A DNA stretch of 64,000 bases from an uncultured Christensenella sp. (GTDB lineage: Bacteria > Bacillota > Clostridia > Christensenellales > UBA1242), in contig CASESH010000018.1 of NCBI GenBank assembly GCA_949290565.1, positions 1,585-65,584 on the forward strand, written 5' to 3'. The stretch's first letter is position 1. The number at the start of each line of letters is the position of its first letter. The translations under genes and the position numbers were made by a program. This document shows positions 20,521 through 30,215 of this stretch, piece by piece. Under the pieces are notes generated by a model, which was not told the origin of the DNA, did no database searches, and saw nothing but the letters and a program-made list of their open reading frames with translations.

Positions 20521-21240
20521 CTAGTCAAGCAACAACATTACAAGACTAGCAAGACTAACTGCGCAAGTTTCAGTTCTAAGAATTCTTTTGCCAAGAGTTA
20601 ACGAAATTGCATTACAATTTTTTATTTTCTCGACCTCATCGTTAGTGAAACCTCCCTCACTACCAACTATAATGGCAATATTTTTTTTATTCTTTAAATC
20701 TAAATCTCTAAAATGTTTACTTCCATCGACTTCATTTGCAAAAATAACTATGTCGTATTCTTTAAGCATTCCTAACATTTCATCGAACTTAACTGCGCTG
20801 GTTATATTCAATAAACTTGTCCTGCCACACTGTTTACAGGCGTTTACAACTATTTTATTTAATCTCTCCATTTTATTTAGGTTGTCCTTTTTAACGCAGT
20901 ATGTTGACACAAATGGAACAATTTTACTTGCCCCAAGTTCAGTTAATTTTTGAGTTATGTAGTCTAATTTATCTAGTTTTGGAAGGCCTTGAAAAAGAGT
21001 CAACTTTATTTTAGGGTTAGCAAGACAATTTTCTAAACTGATTATCTCCAAAATACTAGCGTTCTTTGTTTGACTCACAATTTGACAGTGATAAAAACAA
21101 GAATTATCATAAAAACACTTAACTTTATCTCCGACTCTATATCTTAGAACTTTACTTAAATGTTCATTTTCATTTCCTGATAAGGTTATTTTATTATCAA
21201 TAATGTCAGATTTACTTATAAAAAAACTATCTTCTCTCAT
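20521..21240 (-). CDS. rsmE: 16S rRNA (uracil1498-N3)-methyltransferase RsmE
   Basis: IAIIVGSEGGFTNDEVE and LGKRILRTETCAV motifs. Start moved to the internal ATG (MREDSFFISK); the track start is at 21276. Confidence 0.85.
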   Translation of the reverse strand: MREDSFFISKSDIIDNKITLSGNENEHLSKVLRYRVGDKVKCFYDNSCFYHCQIVSQTKNASILEIISLENCLANPKIKLTLFQGLPKLDKLDYITQKLTELGASKIVPFVSTYCVKKDNLNKMERLNKIVVNACKQCGRTSLLNITSAVKFDEMLGMLKEYDIVIFANEVDGSKHFRDLDLKNKKNIAIIVGSEGGFTNDEVEKIKNCNAISLTLGKRILRTETCAVSLASLVMLLLD

Positions 21241-21337
21241 AACATTGAGTTTATCAAACAATAAAAAACAAGTCAATTATCAAATTAACTTGTTTTTTAA
21301 AATGTATTTTAAGTATTTATATACAAACTTCTTAAAA

Positions 21338-22480
21338 TTATTTAAGTCTAGCCATTTTGTCAGCAAAATTTTTACACTTTTTATAACTAGTAAGATTGTT
21401 AGAAATTTGCTCGACAAGTTCCTTATCTTTCCGACTCATTTCCTTAGGCATTTCTACCCTAACAGTTACAAGCAAATCGCCACTTCCTTCTCTTTGTAAA
21501 AACTTAACGCCTTTATTTTTAAGTTTAAATACTGTATTAGGCTGAGTAAGAGCAGGAATTTCAAGGTCATAAAAGCCATCTGCCGTAGGAATTTTGACTT
21601 TTCCGCCAAGATAGGCTGTTGTAAATGGAATAGGAAGTTCAAGTAATAAGTTAAAGCCATCTCTAACTAAAATCGGATGTTGCTCAACTCTAACATTTAT
21701 CACAAGGTCGCCATTTGGTCCACTTTTAATAGAAGCGTTTCCTTTTCCTCTCATAGTTAAGACTTGCCCATCATCAATTCCTGCTGGAATGTTCACCTTG
21801 ATTTCTTGAACCGTTTTAATACTGCCTTTACCCGAGCAATTAGTGCACTTTTCCTTTATAATCTTACCGGTTGCATTACAAGTCTTACAAGGTGCGACCG
21901 TCGACATTTGACCAAAGAAGGTGTTTTGAGTAACGTGAACTTGACCTGAACCGTGACAGTCTGGGCAAGTAGAATATTCTCTACCATTTTTTGCCCCTGT
22001 GCCGTTGCAACTGTCACATTTGTCAAGTTTATTTACCTTAAAAATCTTTTCGCAACCAAAAATAGCCTCTTTAAAAGATAAGGTAACATTTACAACAATG
22101 TCCTCGCCTTGAACTTGAACCCCACTTGTTCTTGTCCTTGCTCCTCCACCAAAAGATGAAAAAATGTCAAATATATCTTCAAAACCACCAAAGTTTCCAC
22201 TAAAACCGCCAAAGCCACCTGAACCACCAAAGCCACCAGCCCCAAATGGATTTCCATCGGCGCTACCAAATTGGTCATAATTTGCCCTTTTATTTTGGTC
22301 GCCAAGTGTTTCATACGCCTCGTTTACTTCCTTAAACTTCTTTGCACACTCGCTGTCGTTTGGGTGTAAGTCAGGATGGTATTGTTTTGCAAGTTTTCTA
22401 TAAGCCGACTTAATTTCATCTTGGGTTGCCTTTTTATCTACTCCTAAAATTTTATAATAGTCTTTATTTTCGTTTGGCAT
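21338..22480 (-). CDS. dnaJ: molecular chaperone DnaJ
   Basis: J domain DYYKILGV..YHPD, G/F-rich linker, and four CxxCxGxG fingers (CDSCNGTG, CPDCHGSG, CKTCNATG, CTNCSGKG). Confidence 0.96.
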   Translation of the reverse strand: MPNENKDYYKILGVDKKATQDEIKSAYRKLAKQYHPDLHPNDSECAKKFKEVNEAYETLGDQNKRANYDQFGSADGNPFGAGGFGGSGGFGGFSGNFGGFEDIFDIFSSFGGGARTRTSGVQVQGEDIVVNVTLSFKEAIFGCEKIFKVNKLDKCDSCNGTGAKNGREYSTCPDCHGSGQVHVTQNTFFGQMSTVAPCKTCNATGKIIKEKCTNCSGKGSIKTVQEIKVNIPAGIDDGQVLTMRGKGNASIKSGPNGDLVINVRVEQHPILVRDGFNLLLELPIPFTTAYLGGKVKIPTADGFYDLEIPALTQPNTVFKLKNKGVKFLQREGSGDLLVTVRVEMPKEMSRKDKELVEQISNNLTSYKKCKNFADKMARLK

Positions 22481-22492
22481 TTATTTCCACCC

Positions 22493-24328
22493 TTATTTTT
22501 TATCATTATCATCAATTATAATTTCATCGTCACCCTTGTTGTCATCATCTTTCTTGTCTTCTGCTTTCTTGTTAGCCTCAGCCTCTTTTGAAGCCTCGAC
22601 ATACAACTTTGAAATTATGCTACTTGAAGTTGAAGTCAAATCTTCAAGTGCTTTTTTAATTTGTTCAACATCATCAGTCTTAATCTTGTTTTTGCAATCT
22701 TCAATAGCGTTTTTCAAAGTATTTGATTCTTCTTCGCTCAACTTACTGCCATTTTCTTTAAGCATTTTTTCAAGAGACAAAATCATATTTTCTGCGTTGT
22801 TCTTTTGTTCAAACAACTCTTTTTTCTTTTTGTCCTCATCGGCAAATTTTTCAGCCTCTTTGATTGCTTCTTCAATGTCTTTTTCGCTTAGATTAGAAGA
22901 AGAAGTGATAGTAATACTTTGTTCCTTATTTGTTCCTAGGTCCTTTGCAGAAACATGAACAATACCATTTGCATCAATATCGAACGTTACTTCAATTTGT
23001 GGAACGCCCCTTGGTGCAGGTGGAATGTCAACAAGACTGAATCTTCCAAGAGTCTTATTACCACTAGCAAACTCTCTTTCTCCTTGCAAAACGTGGATGT
23101 CAACACCCGGTTGATTATCAGTTGCAGTTGAGAAAATTTGAGATTTTTTGGTAGGAATTGTTGTGTTTCTTTCAATTAACTTAGTGAAAATACCACCAAG
23201 AGTTTCAATACCAAGAGAAAGTGGAGTTACATCAAGAAGTAAAACATCTTTGACTTCACCAGCAAGAACGCCACCTTGAATAGCAGCACCCATAGCAACA
23301 CATTCATCTGGATTAATGCCTTTAAAAGGTTGTTTTCCTGTAATTTTCTTAACCTCATCAACGACTGCTGGAATACGAGTTGAACCACCAACTAAGATAA
23401 CCTTATCAATTTCATTTAAAGATAACTTACTATCTTTTAAAGCCCTTGTAACAGCCTGACTTGTCTTTTCAACAAGGTCCTCAGTAATGCTGTTGAATTT
23501 TGCTCTTGTCAAATCATATTCAAAGTGTTTTGGACCATTTGCATCTGCTGTAATGAATGGCAAATTAATTGTTGTTTTCATAACGCTAGACAAGTCAATT
23601 TTTGCCTTTTCACTAGCCTCTTTAATTCTCTGCATAGCAAGTTTATCTTTTGATAAATCAATGCCCTCTTTGTTTTTAAATTCAGTAACAATAAGGTCCA
23701 TAATTCTCTTATCAAAGTCATCTCCCCCAAGTCTATTGTCTCCTGCCGTTGCTACGACTTCAAAGACACCATCACCAATTTCAAGTATGGAAACATCAAA
23801 TGTACCACCACCCAAATCGTAAACAAGAATCTTTTGATTTTTGCCATTTTCGACTTTGTCAAGGCCATAAGCAAGTGAAGCAGCAGTAGGTTCGTTTATA
23901 ATTCTTAAAACTTCTAGTCCTGCAATTTTTCCAGCATCCTTAGTTGCTTGTCTTTGACTATCTGTAAAATATGCTGGGACAGTGATAACTGCTTGCGTTA
24001 CTTTTGAACCTAAATAACTTTCAGCATCTTGCTTTAATTTTTGCAAAATCATTGCTGAGATTTCCTGTGGAGTATAACTTTTACCCTCTACATTTACCTT
24101 ATAATCACTACCCATTTCTCTCTTAATTGAGATAATTGTATTGTCTGGATTAGCAACAGCCTGTCTTTTTGCGACCTGTCCTACAAGCCTTTCGCCTTTT
24201 GAAAATGCTACAACTGATGGAGTTGTTCTCTCTCCCTCAGCATTTGGTATGACAGTTGGAGTATTTCCCTCCATAACTGCTACACAAGAATTCGTTGTTC
24301 CTAAATCTATTCCTATAACTTTTGACAT
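22493..24328 (-). CDS. dnaK: molecular chaperone DnaK (Hsp70)
   Basis: [24 protein letters not shown] and [10 protein letters not shown] motifs. Start set to the ATG at 24328 ([10 protein letters not shown]), preceded by AAGGAG 8 nt upstream; the track start is at 24367. Confidence 0.97.
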   Translation of the reverse strand: MSKVIGIDLGTTNSCVAVMEGNTPTVIPNAEGERTTPSVVAFSKGERLVGQVAKRQAVANPDNTIISIKREMGSDYKVNVEGKSYTPQEISAMILQKLKQDAESYLGSKVTQAVITVPAYFTDSQRQATKDAGKIAGLEVLRIINEPTAASLAYGLDKVENGKNQKILVYDLGGGTFDVSILEIGDGVFEVVATAGDNRLGGDDFDKRIMDLIVTEFKNKEGIDLSKDKLAMQRIKEASEKAKIDLSSVMKTTINLPFITADANGPKHFEYDLTRAKFNSITEDLVEKTSQAVTRALKDSKLSLNEIDKVILVGGSTRIPAVVDEVKKITGKQPFKGINPDECVAMGAAIQGGVLAGEVKDVLLLDVTPLSLGIETLGGIFTKLIERNTTIPTKKSQIFSTATDNQPGVDIHVLQGEREFASGNKTLGRFSLVDIPPAPRGVPQIEVTFDIDANGIVHVSAKDLGTNKEQSITITSSSNLSEKDIEEAIKEAEKFADEDKKKKELFEQKNNAENMILSLEKMLKENGSKLSEEESNTLKNAIEDCKNKIKTDDVEQIKKALEDLTSTSSSIISKLYVEASKEAEANKKAEDKKDDDNKGDDEIIIDDNDKK

Positions 24329-24421
24329 TTTTAATTTCTCCTTTTTATTGTCAATTTTTTTATTCAACTATTTTCTATAAAGAAAGTAGGTTGTTTTTGG
24401 TTTTATTTTAAAATGTATTTT

Positions 24422-24967
24422 TTATTTTGCAACTACAACTTGACTGTATTTGATAATATTACCATTCAAAGTGTACCCAGCCTCAATTTCCTCAACGACT
24501 GTTCCACTTTTATTTTTTTTGTCCTCAACCATAAGCACAGCGTTGTGTTTATCAGCATCAAATTTTTTACCAACACAATCAATTTTTTTAACTCCGAGTT
24601 TTTCAAGTGCAGAAATAATATTTTTTTCAATCATATTAACGCCCTCTAAAACTACTTCATCTTTAATCATTTTCTTTGCTTTTTTAAAAGAATCTAAGCA
24701 AGGTAAAATCGTTTCAAGCGCCTTAGTCATTCCCTCAGTCTTAAAAGCAATTTCAGATTCTTTTGTTCTTTTCCTATAATGCTCAAAATCTTTTTCAAGT
24801 TCTTTGTAGTCATTTAAGATTTTTGCCATTTGGGTTTTAATCCCATCAAACTCCTCTTGACTTAAAACAACTTCCTGACTAGTTTGTTCTACATTCTCAT
24901 CTTTTTTGTCCTGCTTTTCTTGACTAGCATCTTGTTTTAAATCTTCTTTTCTTTCTTCACTAGACAT
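24422..24967 (-). CDS. grpE: nucleotide exchange factor GrpE
   Basis: Acidic N-terminus, a coiled coil and a C-terminal beta domain (GKKFDADKHNAVLMVE). Sits between hrcA and dnaK. The ATG overlaps the hrcA TGA stop (TGATG). Confidence 0.9.
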   Translation of the reverse strand: MSSEERKEDLKQDASQEKQDKKDENVEQTSQEVVLSQEEFDGIKTQMAKILNDYKELEKDFEHYRKRTKESEIAFKTEGMTKALETILPCLDSFKKAKKMIKDEVVLEGVNMIEKNIISALEKLGVKKIDCVGKKFDADKHNAVLMVEDKKNKSGTVVEEIEAGYTLNGNIIKYSQVVVAK

Positions 24968-26013
24968 CAATCTCCCCCCTTATTGAGTTTGTTTTTAACC
25001 TCATCAGTTATAAGTTTTAAAACACTTGCAACACTTGCATAATCAATCCTTTCAGGTCCTATAACTCCAACAGTAGCAATCTTTTCACCATTTAAAATAA
25101 CCGGCGCTTTGATAACTGCACAGTTGCTGAGTTTTTCGTTGTTGTTTTCCTCTCCCAAGTTGACTGTAATTTGTTCACCCTCGTTAGTTGTCATAAGGTC
25201 GCCCAAACTGTCATCATCATCTAAAACACTTAAAATGTTCTTGGCCTTGTTAGTATTGAATTCCGGACTCTCTAACAGTTTGATTAAACCTTGATTGCTA
25301 ACTTTACTCTTAGTCTTGTTATAATAAACTTCCAAGACTTCAAGAACAAGATTAAAAACACTTTCATATTCTTTCATACACTTTTTAATGCTGGAAGAAA
25401 ACAGGTCAATATTTTGATTTAAAAATTTAATATTTTTCCCAACAAAAATATTTGAAAAGACATTACTTGCGTTATCACAATCTTGCTTGGTAATTTCTCC
25501 GTTAGCGCTAATGGTATTAGAAATTGCCCCAGCATTTGTTTCAATAAGTACTAAAACTTGATTGTTTATCAAATAAACTATTTTAATTTGCTCAACAATT
25601 AGGTTTTCAAATCCGTCAAACATAAACACCGTTGGGTAATTTGTTTTTGTGCTGACAACTTTTGAAATACTTTCTACAATCTCGCTAAGACTAGAAGTTC
25701 TTGCAAACAAATCTTCTTTAACGTCTTGCAAACAACCTTCATAAAATTTACTATTTTTTAAAGTTTCATCAACAAAAAACCTGTAACCTTTTGTCGTTGG
25801 TACCCTACCACTAGAAGTGTGAAGTTGTTTTAAATAACCCATAGCCTCTAAGGCGTTCAACTCATTCCTAATCGTAGCAGTTGACAAGTCGTGAAGATTG
25901 GTTTGTTTGACAAATAGACTTGTAATAGGGCTAGCAACTTTAATATAGTTTTCAATCGCACTATATAAAAGTTTCTTTTTTCTATCAGACAACTCTGGCA
26001 AATCATTTGTCAT
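24967..26013 (-). CDS. hrcA: heat-inducible transcription repressor HrcA
   Basis: 348 aa. N-terminal wHTH LSDRKKKLLYSAIENYI..TIRNELNALEAMGYLKQLHTSSGRVPT. First gene of hrcA-grpE-dnaK-dnaJ, with CIRCE upstream. Confidence 0.93.
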   Translation of the reverse strand: MTNDLPELSDRKKKLLYSAIENYIKVASPITSLFVKQTNLHDLSTATIRNELNALEAMGYLKQLHTSSGRVPTTKGYRFFVDETLKNSKFYEGCLQDVKEDLFARTSSLSEIVESISKVVSTKTNYPTVFMFDGFENLIVEQIKIVYLINNQVLVLIETNAGAISNTISANGEITKQDCDNASNVFSNIFVGKNIKFLNQNIDLFSSSIKKCMKEYESVFNLVLEVLEVYYNKTKSKVSNQGLIKLLESPEFNTNKAKNILSVLDDDDSLGDLMTTNEGEQITVNLGEENNNEKLSNCAVIKAPVILNGEKIATVGVIGPERIDYASVASVLKLITDEVKNKLNKGGD

Positions 26014-26076
26014 ACCTTACCTCCTTTTCATTGTATGCAACAAAATTAGGAATTAGCACTTGCATTATTGTAAGCG

Positions 26077-26103
26077 TTAGCACTCTTTATCTTTAAGTGC
26101 TAA
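26077..26103 (-). promoter_or_regulatory. CIRCE operator (HrcA binding site)
   Basis: TTAGCACTC-tttatcttt-AAGTGCTAA is 8/9 + N9 + 8/9 versus the consensus TTAGCACTC-N9-GAGTGCTAA. It lies 64 nt upstream of the hrcA start. An extra TTAGCACT half-site sits at 26053-26060. Confidence 0.88.
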
Positions 26104-26107
26104 CACT

Positions 26108-26135
26108 ATTATATGCTTAAATTTTAAAAAGTCAA
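26108..26135 (-). promoter_or_regulatory. sigma-A type promoter of the hrcA operon
   Basis: Minus strand reads TTGACT (26135-26130), a 16-nt spacer, then TATAAT (26113-26108), immediately followed by CIRCE. This is the classical Firmicute arrangement. Confidence 0.7.
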
Positions 26136-26600
26136 CAATTTAGTTCACTTTTTTTTAAATTTTTTTTATTTTTTAACCTAAATAAAAAAAGAACTTAACT
26201 TTTTACAAGCAATCTTCAAAAATTCACTTATAAGTCAAGTTCTTATAAAATTTATTCATTTATATATATGTAATTTTTTAATATAGTAGTTGTAATACAA
26301 TATTAAGTTTTATAAATACAATAAATAGTAATTGTATAAAGTTACAGTTAAACTTAAACATTACATTCCTACATATTTATCAATATTTTAGTTGATTATA
26401 AACTAAATTTAAATTAATCGTACATTAAAAGTATTTTCTAATATAAGTATAACTATTTTAATATATTGAAGTAACAAATATTGATATAAAATATTTTTTT
26501 AACTTGATATTAGTTTAATTAAAGTGATTAACTTTTAGTAATTTTCCTTTTTTACTAAACAAAAGATTAGTAAAAAATTAAATATTTCCACATAAAACTA

Positions 26601-27527
26601 CTATCTTTGTAATTCTTCTGCGAAGTCATCAACTGACCTTTGAAGATAATCTACATACTTCTTATCTACTGAATAATTTACTTCATCTTTTGTTTGTTGA
26701 GATATTTTATTAACATCTAAACTAGAAAGTTTTTTAGCAAATTCTTCTTGTTCTTTCTTTGAAAAATATTTTTTTAATTCACTTTCACTCTTTACTAAAC
26801 ATGCGATTGTCTTTGAGTCAACTGAATTTGTAACAAAATCGTTAGGATATTTAATTTCTTTTTGAGAACCACTTAAACATTTTTTTAACTTAGTCATTAG
26901 GGCTTGTCTCCTACCTGTGTCAATTTGAAAATTAATACCACTTGCACAGAAATCAGAAGAAATTACACCGTTGGCATGACCATTTTTACCTTGGGTATAA
27001 AAAATCTCATCTAAAAAAACATTATTTTTACAAGCAACATTCATAAGACTTGTAATAATTTTATCTTTAATTGCTTTTAATTCAAAATATTCTAATAAAG
27101 GATTATTTTTATACATTTTGACACTAGGTTTTAATGATTCATCAACAACAAATGAAAGAATTGATTTGAATAAAAATTTGTTGTCATAGTCAAACATAAT
27201 TCCATATTTTTTTCTCAAATCATCATAGAGTTGATAGTAACTAACAGCATGGCATTTCTTTTTACTATAAACTAAACCACTTGTGGTTTTATCTAACTTG
27301 ACAGGCATAAATTGTATACTATCAAGACCAACACTTTCATAAAGTCGTGGCAATAAAACATATGCGTCCATTATACTTTTATAAAATCTATAATTAGGAA
27401 TAATAAACTCAAAATCATCAGTAAATTGACCTTGAATATGCTTTTGATACAAATCTCTAAAATAAGGATTATCAACGTAACCATTCTTGTCATAAGCGAG
27501 GCCAAATGTTTTATAAAATCTTTCCAT
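26601..27527 (-). CDS. hypothetical protein (unknown family), second gene of a two-gene unit
   Basis: Approx 308 aa. Start set to ATG at 27527 (MERFYKTFG) with AAAGGTGA 5 nt upstream; the track uses GTG at 27536. It begins 5 nt after the upstream stop. No motif recognised. Confidence 0.65.
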   Translation of the reverse strand: MERFYKTFGLAYDKNGYVDNPYFRDLYQKHIQGQFTDDFEFIIPNYRFYKSIMDAYVLLPRLYESVGLDSIQFMPVKLDKTTSGLVYSKKKCHAVSYYQLYDDLRKKYGIMFDYDNKFLFKSILSFVVDESLKPSVKMYKNNPLLEYFELKAIKDKIITSLMNVACKNNVFLDEIFYTQGKNGHANGVISSDFCASGINFQIDTGRRQALMTKLKKCLSGSQKEIKYPNDFVTNSVDSKTIACLVKSESELKKYFSKKEQEEFAKKLSSLDVNKISQQTKDEVNYSVDKKYVDYLQRSVDDFAEELQR

Positions 27528-27532
27528 TTTTT

Positions 27533-28441
27533 TCACCTTTTCATTTCTAAATTTTTTCTAACTTTTTGTATTTTATTAATGTCATCTTGTATAATCTGCT
27601 CATAAGCAAAACGATTGAACTTTTTAAAACGATTGCTTAAATATTCAACAAAAGGCTTATCAAATTCATAGCCACAATATACTTCAAACAAATCAATATT
27701 TTCTTGCAATCTAGACTTAGAGAATTCAGACAAAATTTTAATCTTTTCAGGTTGAGAAAACAAACTATTCTGTGAGGACAAAAACCTTTCAATTAAATTT
27801 TGCATATCGTTATCTTCTTTTTGTTCACTCTCTTTATTTTCAAAAGAAAGTCTATTTTGATAATTATGTGAAATAGAAGAAAACAATTTTGGTTTAACTG
27901 AATCTACCTTACCATTATTATCAAGCCCAAGTGCCAAATTACCTGAATTTTCATAATTTCTTGTAATCATATTAAAAATATCAATAATAACTTTTTCTTT
28001 TTGAGCCTTTTCAGTAAAGAAATTAGCCAATCTAACACCATTAGTAGTTTGTTCAAAGAAATCAGAAGTAGGAGTAAAACTTGTATTGTATCTAGTATTT
28101 AACCACTTAGTCAAAGTTATTAAATCTATACCTTCTACTAACAAATTATTGAAAAAAAGTCCCGGTTTATCAAAAATCATAATTGGTAAAAAACAAGGAG
28201 TTTCAATATTAAAAGAACTAGATAAGATAGATGATGATAATATATTAGCATCAATTGTAATTTTTTTATTATCATCATTGTGCAAATTTAAAAGTCCATT
28301 TTTAGATAAGAAGCCATTTTCTTTTAAAGATTGAATTGTTTCTATCACTAATTTGTCATTTAAAATAAATCCATTTTTATCTACTTTTACTTCTTTTCTT
28401 ATAACATCTCTAAAATAATCTTCATATTGGGCATAATTCAT
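27533..28441 (-). CDS. hypothetical protein (unknown family), first gene of a two-gene unit
   Basis: 302 aa with a strong RBS (AGGAGAG) before the ATG at 28441. No motif recognised. A few short stretches resemble the downstream ORF (VDKNGFILND vs YDKNGYVDNP). Confidence 0.65.
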   Translation of the reverse strand: MNYAQYEDYFRDVIRKEVKVDKNGFILNDKLVIETIQSLKENGFLSKNGLLNLHNDDNKKITIDANILSSSILSSSFNIETPCFLPIMIFDKPGLFFNNLLVEGIDLITLTKWLNTRYNTSFTPTSDFFEQTTNGVRLANFFTEKAQKEKVIIDIFNMITRNYENSGNLALGLDNNGKVDSVKPKLFSSISHNYQNRLSFENKESEQKEDNDMQNLIERFLSSQNSLFSQPEKIKILSEFSKSRLQENIDLFEVYCGYEFDKPFVEYLSNRFKKFNRFAYEQIIQDDINKIQKVRKNLEMKR

Positions 28442-28867
28442 TTACTCTCCTATTTAGATAACATCATTACAACAATATAATAGTTTATAAAAGCAAAAAT
28501 TTCAATACCCTTTTTTTTATTTATCTAAATTGAACATTTTTATAATACTTTGTAACAAAAAATAACAAAAATTTACTATAAATAAAGGTCAAAATAAAGA
28601 AAGTTATAAAAATTTAAATTATTTTACAACGGTTGTAAAATAGGAATTTACAACAAAAATTAAAATAATTATAAAATCAAATCTAAGGATTTTACTTTTT
28701 AGTAAATTTTTAGTCAAGGTTTAAAATACTTTAATTAATAATTTTTAAATAAATAAAAGAAGTATTTTCTCTTACTTAAATATTAAAATTGAAAAGAAAA
28801 TACTCCATCTCATATATAAAGCTTTAAAAATATATTTTGTTAGTAACAATTATTGAAATAGCAATTT

Positions 28868-30076
28868 TTACAAATCATAGTTATTAGGGTCGTTATCCTC
28901 TAAATATTCTTCAATAATAAGAGGACGTTTTAGGGCAAGAATTTCTCTTGTTCTTTCTAAATTCTCTGCTTTTTCCCTCAAAACAGTTGCTTTTGCTTCA
29001 AGTTTTGCAAGTCTTTTTTCTTCTTTATCTAACTCATCATTATACTTTATTCTTTTATCCCTAAGTTTTTTTCTGTCTCTTTCTAGTCTTTGGAACATAT
29101 AATGTGAACGTATGTAAGCATATCTTTCCCTTTTTATTCTAGAAAGTATAAGTTCAATTTTTCTTTCGTAAATTCCTCTTGCATAGTGAACTTTTTTAAA
29201 TTTAGACATCAACTCAGTTTTTAAACTAAGCATATGATTAATTAATTTTTCAAGTACCTCTATATGAGCCCAATACCTGCTAGACTGTTCATCAGGAAGA
29301 TTATCATCTTCCTCATCTTCATCTACGACTTCTTTTTTCTCTACTTCTTTATCTTTAAAAAAGTCATGTTCTTGGCCATCTTTTGGAAACATATAATGAA
29401 CAAAAAATTCTATTTTAGGCTTTTCTAATTTTTTTTCAATTTCTTGTATTTTATCTTCGCTTTCTTTAATTTCTTTTTTAATTTTAAGTTCTTCTAATGA
29501 TTCATCTTTTAATATTTCCTCATCTTCTTTACTTAGGTCTTCATCAAGGAAATTTTCTTGTTTTATGCTTTCATTATCATCTTGTTCATCATCTTGTTCA
29601 TCATCTTGTTCATCATCATCTTCATCATCTTTTAATTCTTCCAAATCTTCGCCTTCAAAAATGTCATCATCATCAAAATCTTCCTCATTAAGAGTTAAAT
29701 GATTTGCCTTGTCTATAAGTCGATTAACCTCTTTCTCATTTTCAATCTGTTGTTTTGTAGGTTCATAAATATCCCCTTTTTCAACAGTTTCTTTAAAGAT
29801 TTCATTTGACTGAGCAATTTTATCTTCTATACTATTCATGCTTTTTTCTAAATTGACTTTGTTAGGATAACTATTATCAGTTAATAAATAAACTCTTATG
29901 TAAGATTTGTACAGTCTTAGGAGTAAATCTAACATATTGCTCCTTGCAAAAATATCATTTTCCTTTAAAAGCAAAGTATAAAGATTTTTTCTAGCCACTT
30001 GTAGTGCAAGCCCATAATCTAAATTGTTATTCATTAAATAACCAACAGCACCTTGTTCTCTTATTTCCTTATACAT
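28868..30076 (-). CDS. hypothetical acidic coiled-coil protein with (DDEQ)3 repeat
   Basis: 402 aa with RBS AAAGGAG. The central D/E-rich region includes a perfect 3 x 12-bp DNA repeat (29576-29611). The C-terminal part is a K/R/E heptad-like coiled coil (RLAKLEAKATVLREKAENLERTRE). Confidence 0.65.
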   Translation of the reverse strand: MYKEIREQGAVGYLMNNNLDYGLALQVARKNLYTLLLKENDIFARSNMLDLLLRLYKSYIRVYLLTDNSYPNKVNLEKSMNSIEDKIAQSNEIFKETVEKGDIYEPTKQQIENEKEVNRLIDKANHLTLNEEDFDDDDIFEGEDLEELKDDEDDDEQDDEQDDEQDDNESIKQENFLDEDLSKEDEEILKDESLEELKIKKEIKESEDKIQEIEKKLEKPKIEFFVHYMFPKDGQEHDFFKDKEVEKKEVVDEDEEDDNLPDEQSSRYWAHIEVLEKLINHMLSLKTELMSKFKKVHYARGIYERKIELILSRIKRERYAYIRSHYMFQRLERDRKKLRDKRIKYNDELDKEEKRLAKLEAKATVLREKAENLERTREILALKRPLIIEEYLEDNDPNNYDL

Positions 30077-30215
30077 AAAAAACTCCTTTAACTTAACTTA
30101 TCATATTATAACAAATTAAATTAAATTTTACAAGAATAAAAAAAAATCGACAAAAATTTAAAAAAAACTTAACAAATCATAAACTATAAAAAGTTTTTTT
30201 GTTAAGTTCATATTG

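Noticed and set aside
22536-22958. Long antisense or out-of-frame track ORFs inside well-supported genes, for example 22536..22958, 23487..23822, 46480..46896, 49069..49554, 20588..20953, 39216..39536 and 7164..7451
   Set aside because: Each overlaps a confidently identified gene on the opposite strand or in another frame. They have S/L/F-rich low-complexity translations typical of antisense reading of AT-rich genes, and they lack RBSs.
24965-24969. Mollicutes-type genetic code 4 (TGA = Trp), given the very AT-rich, reduced-looking genome
   Set aside because: hrcA ends with TGA overlapping the grpE ATG (TGATG). The BhlA-like ORF and the 27533-28441 ORF also end in TGA at sensible positions. 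All core proteins are full-length under code 11.
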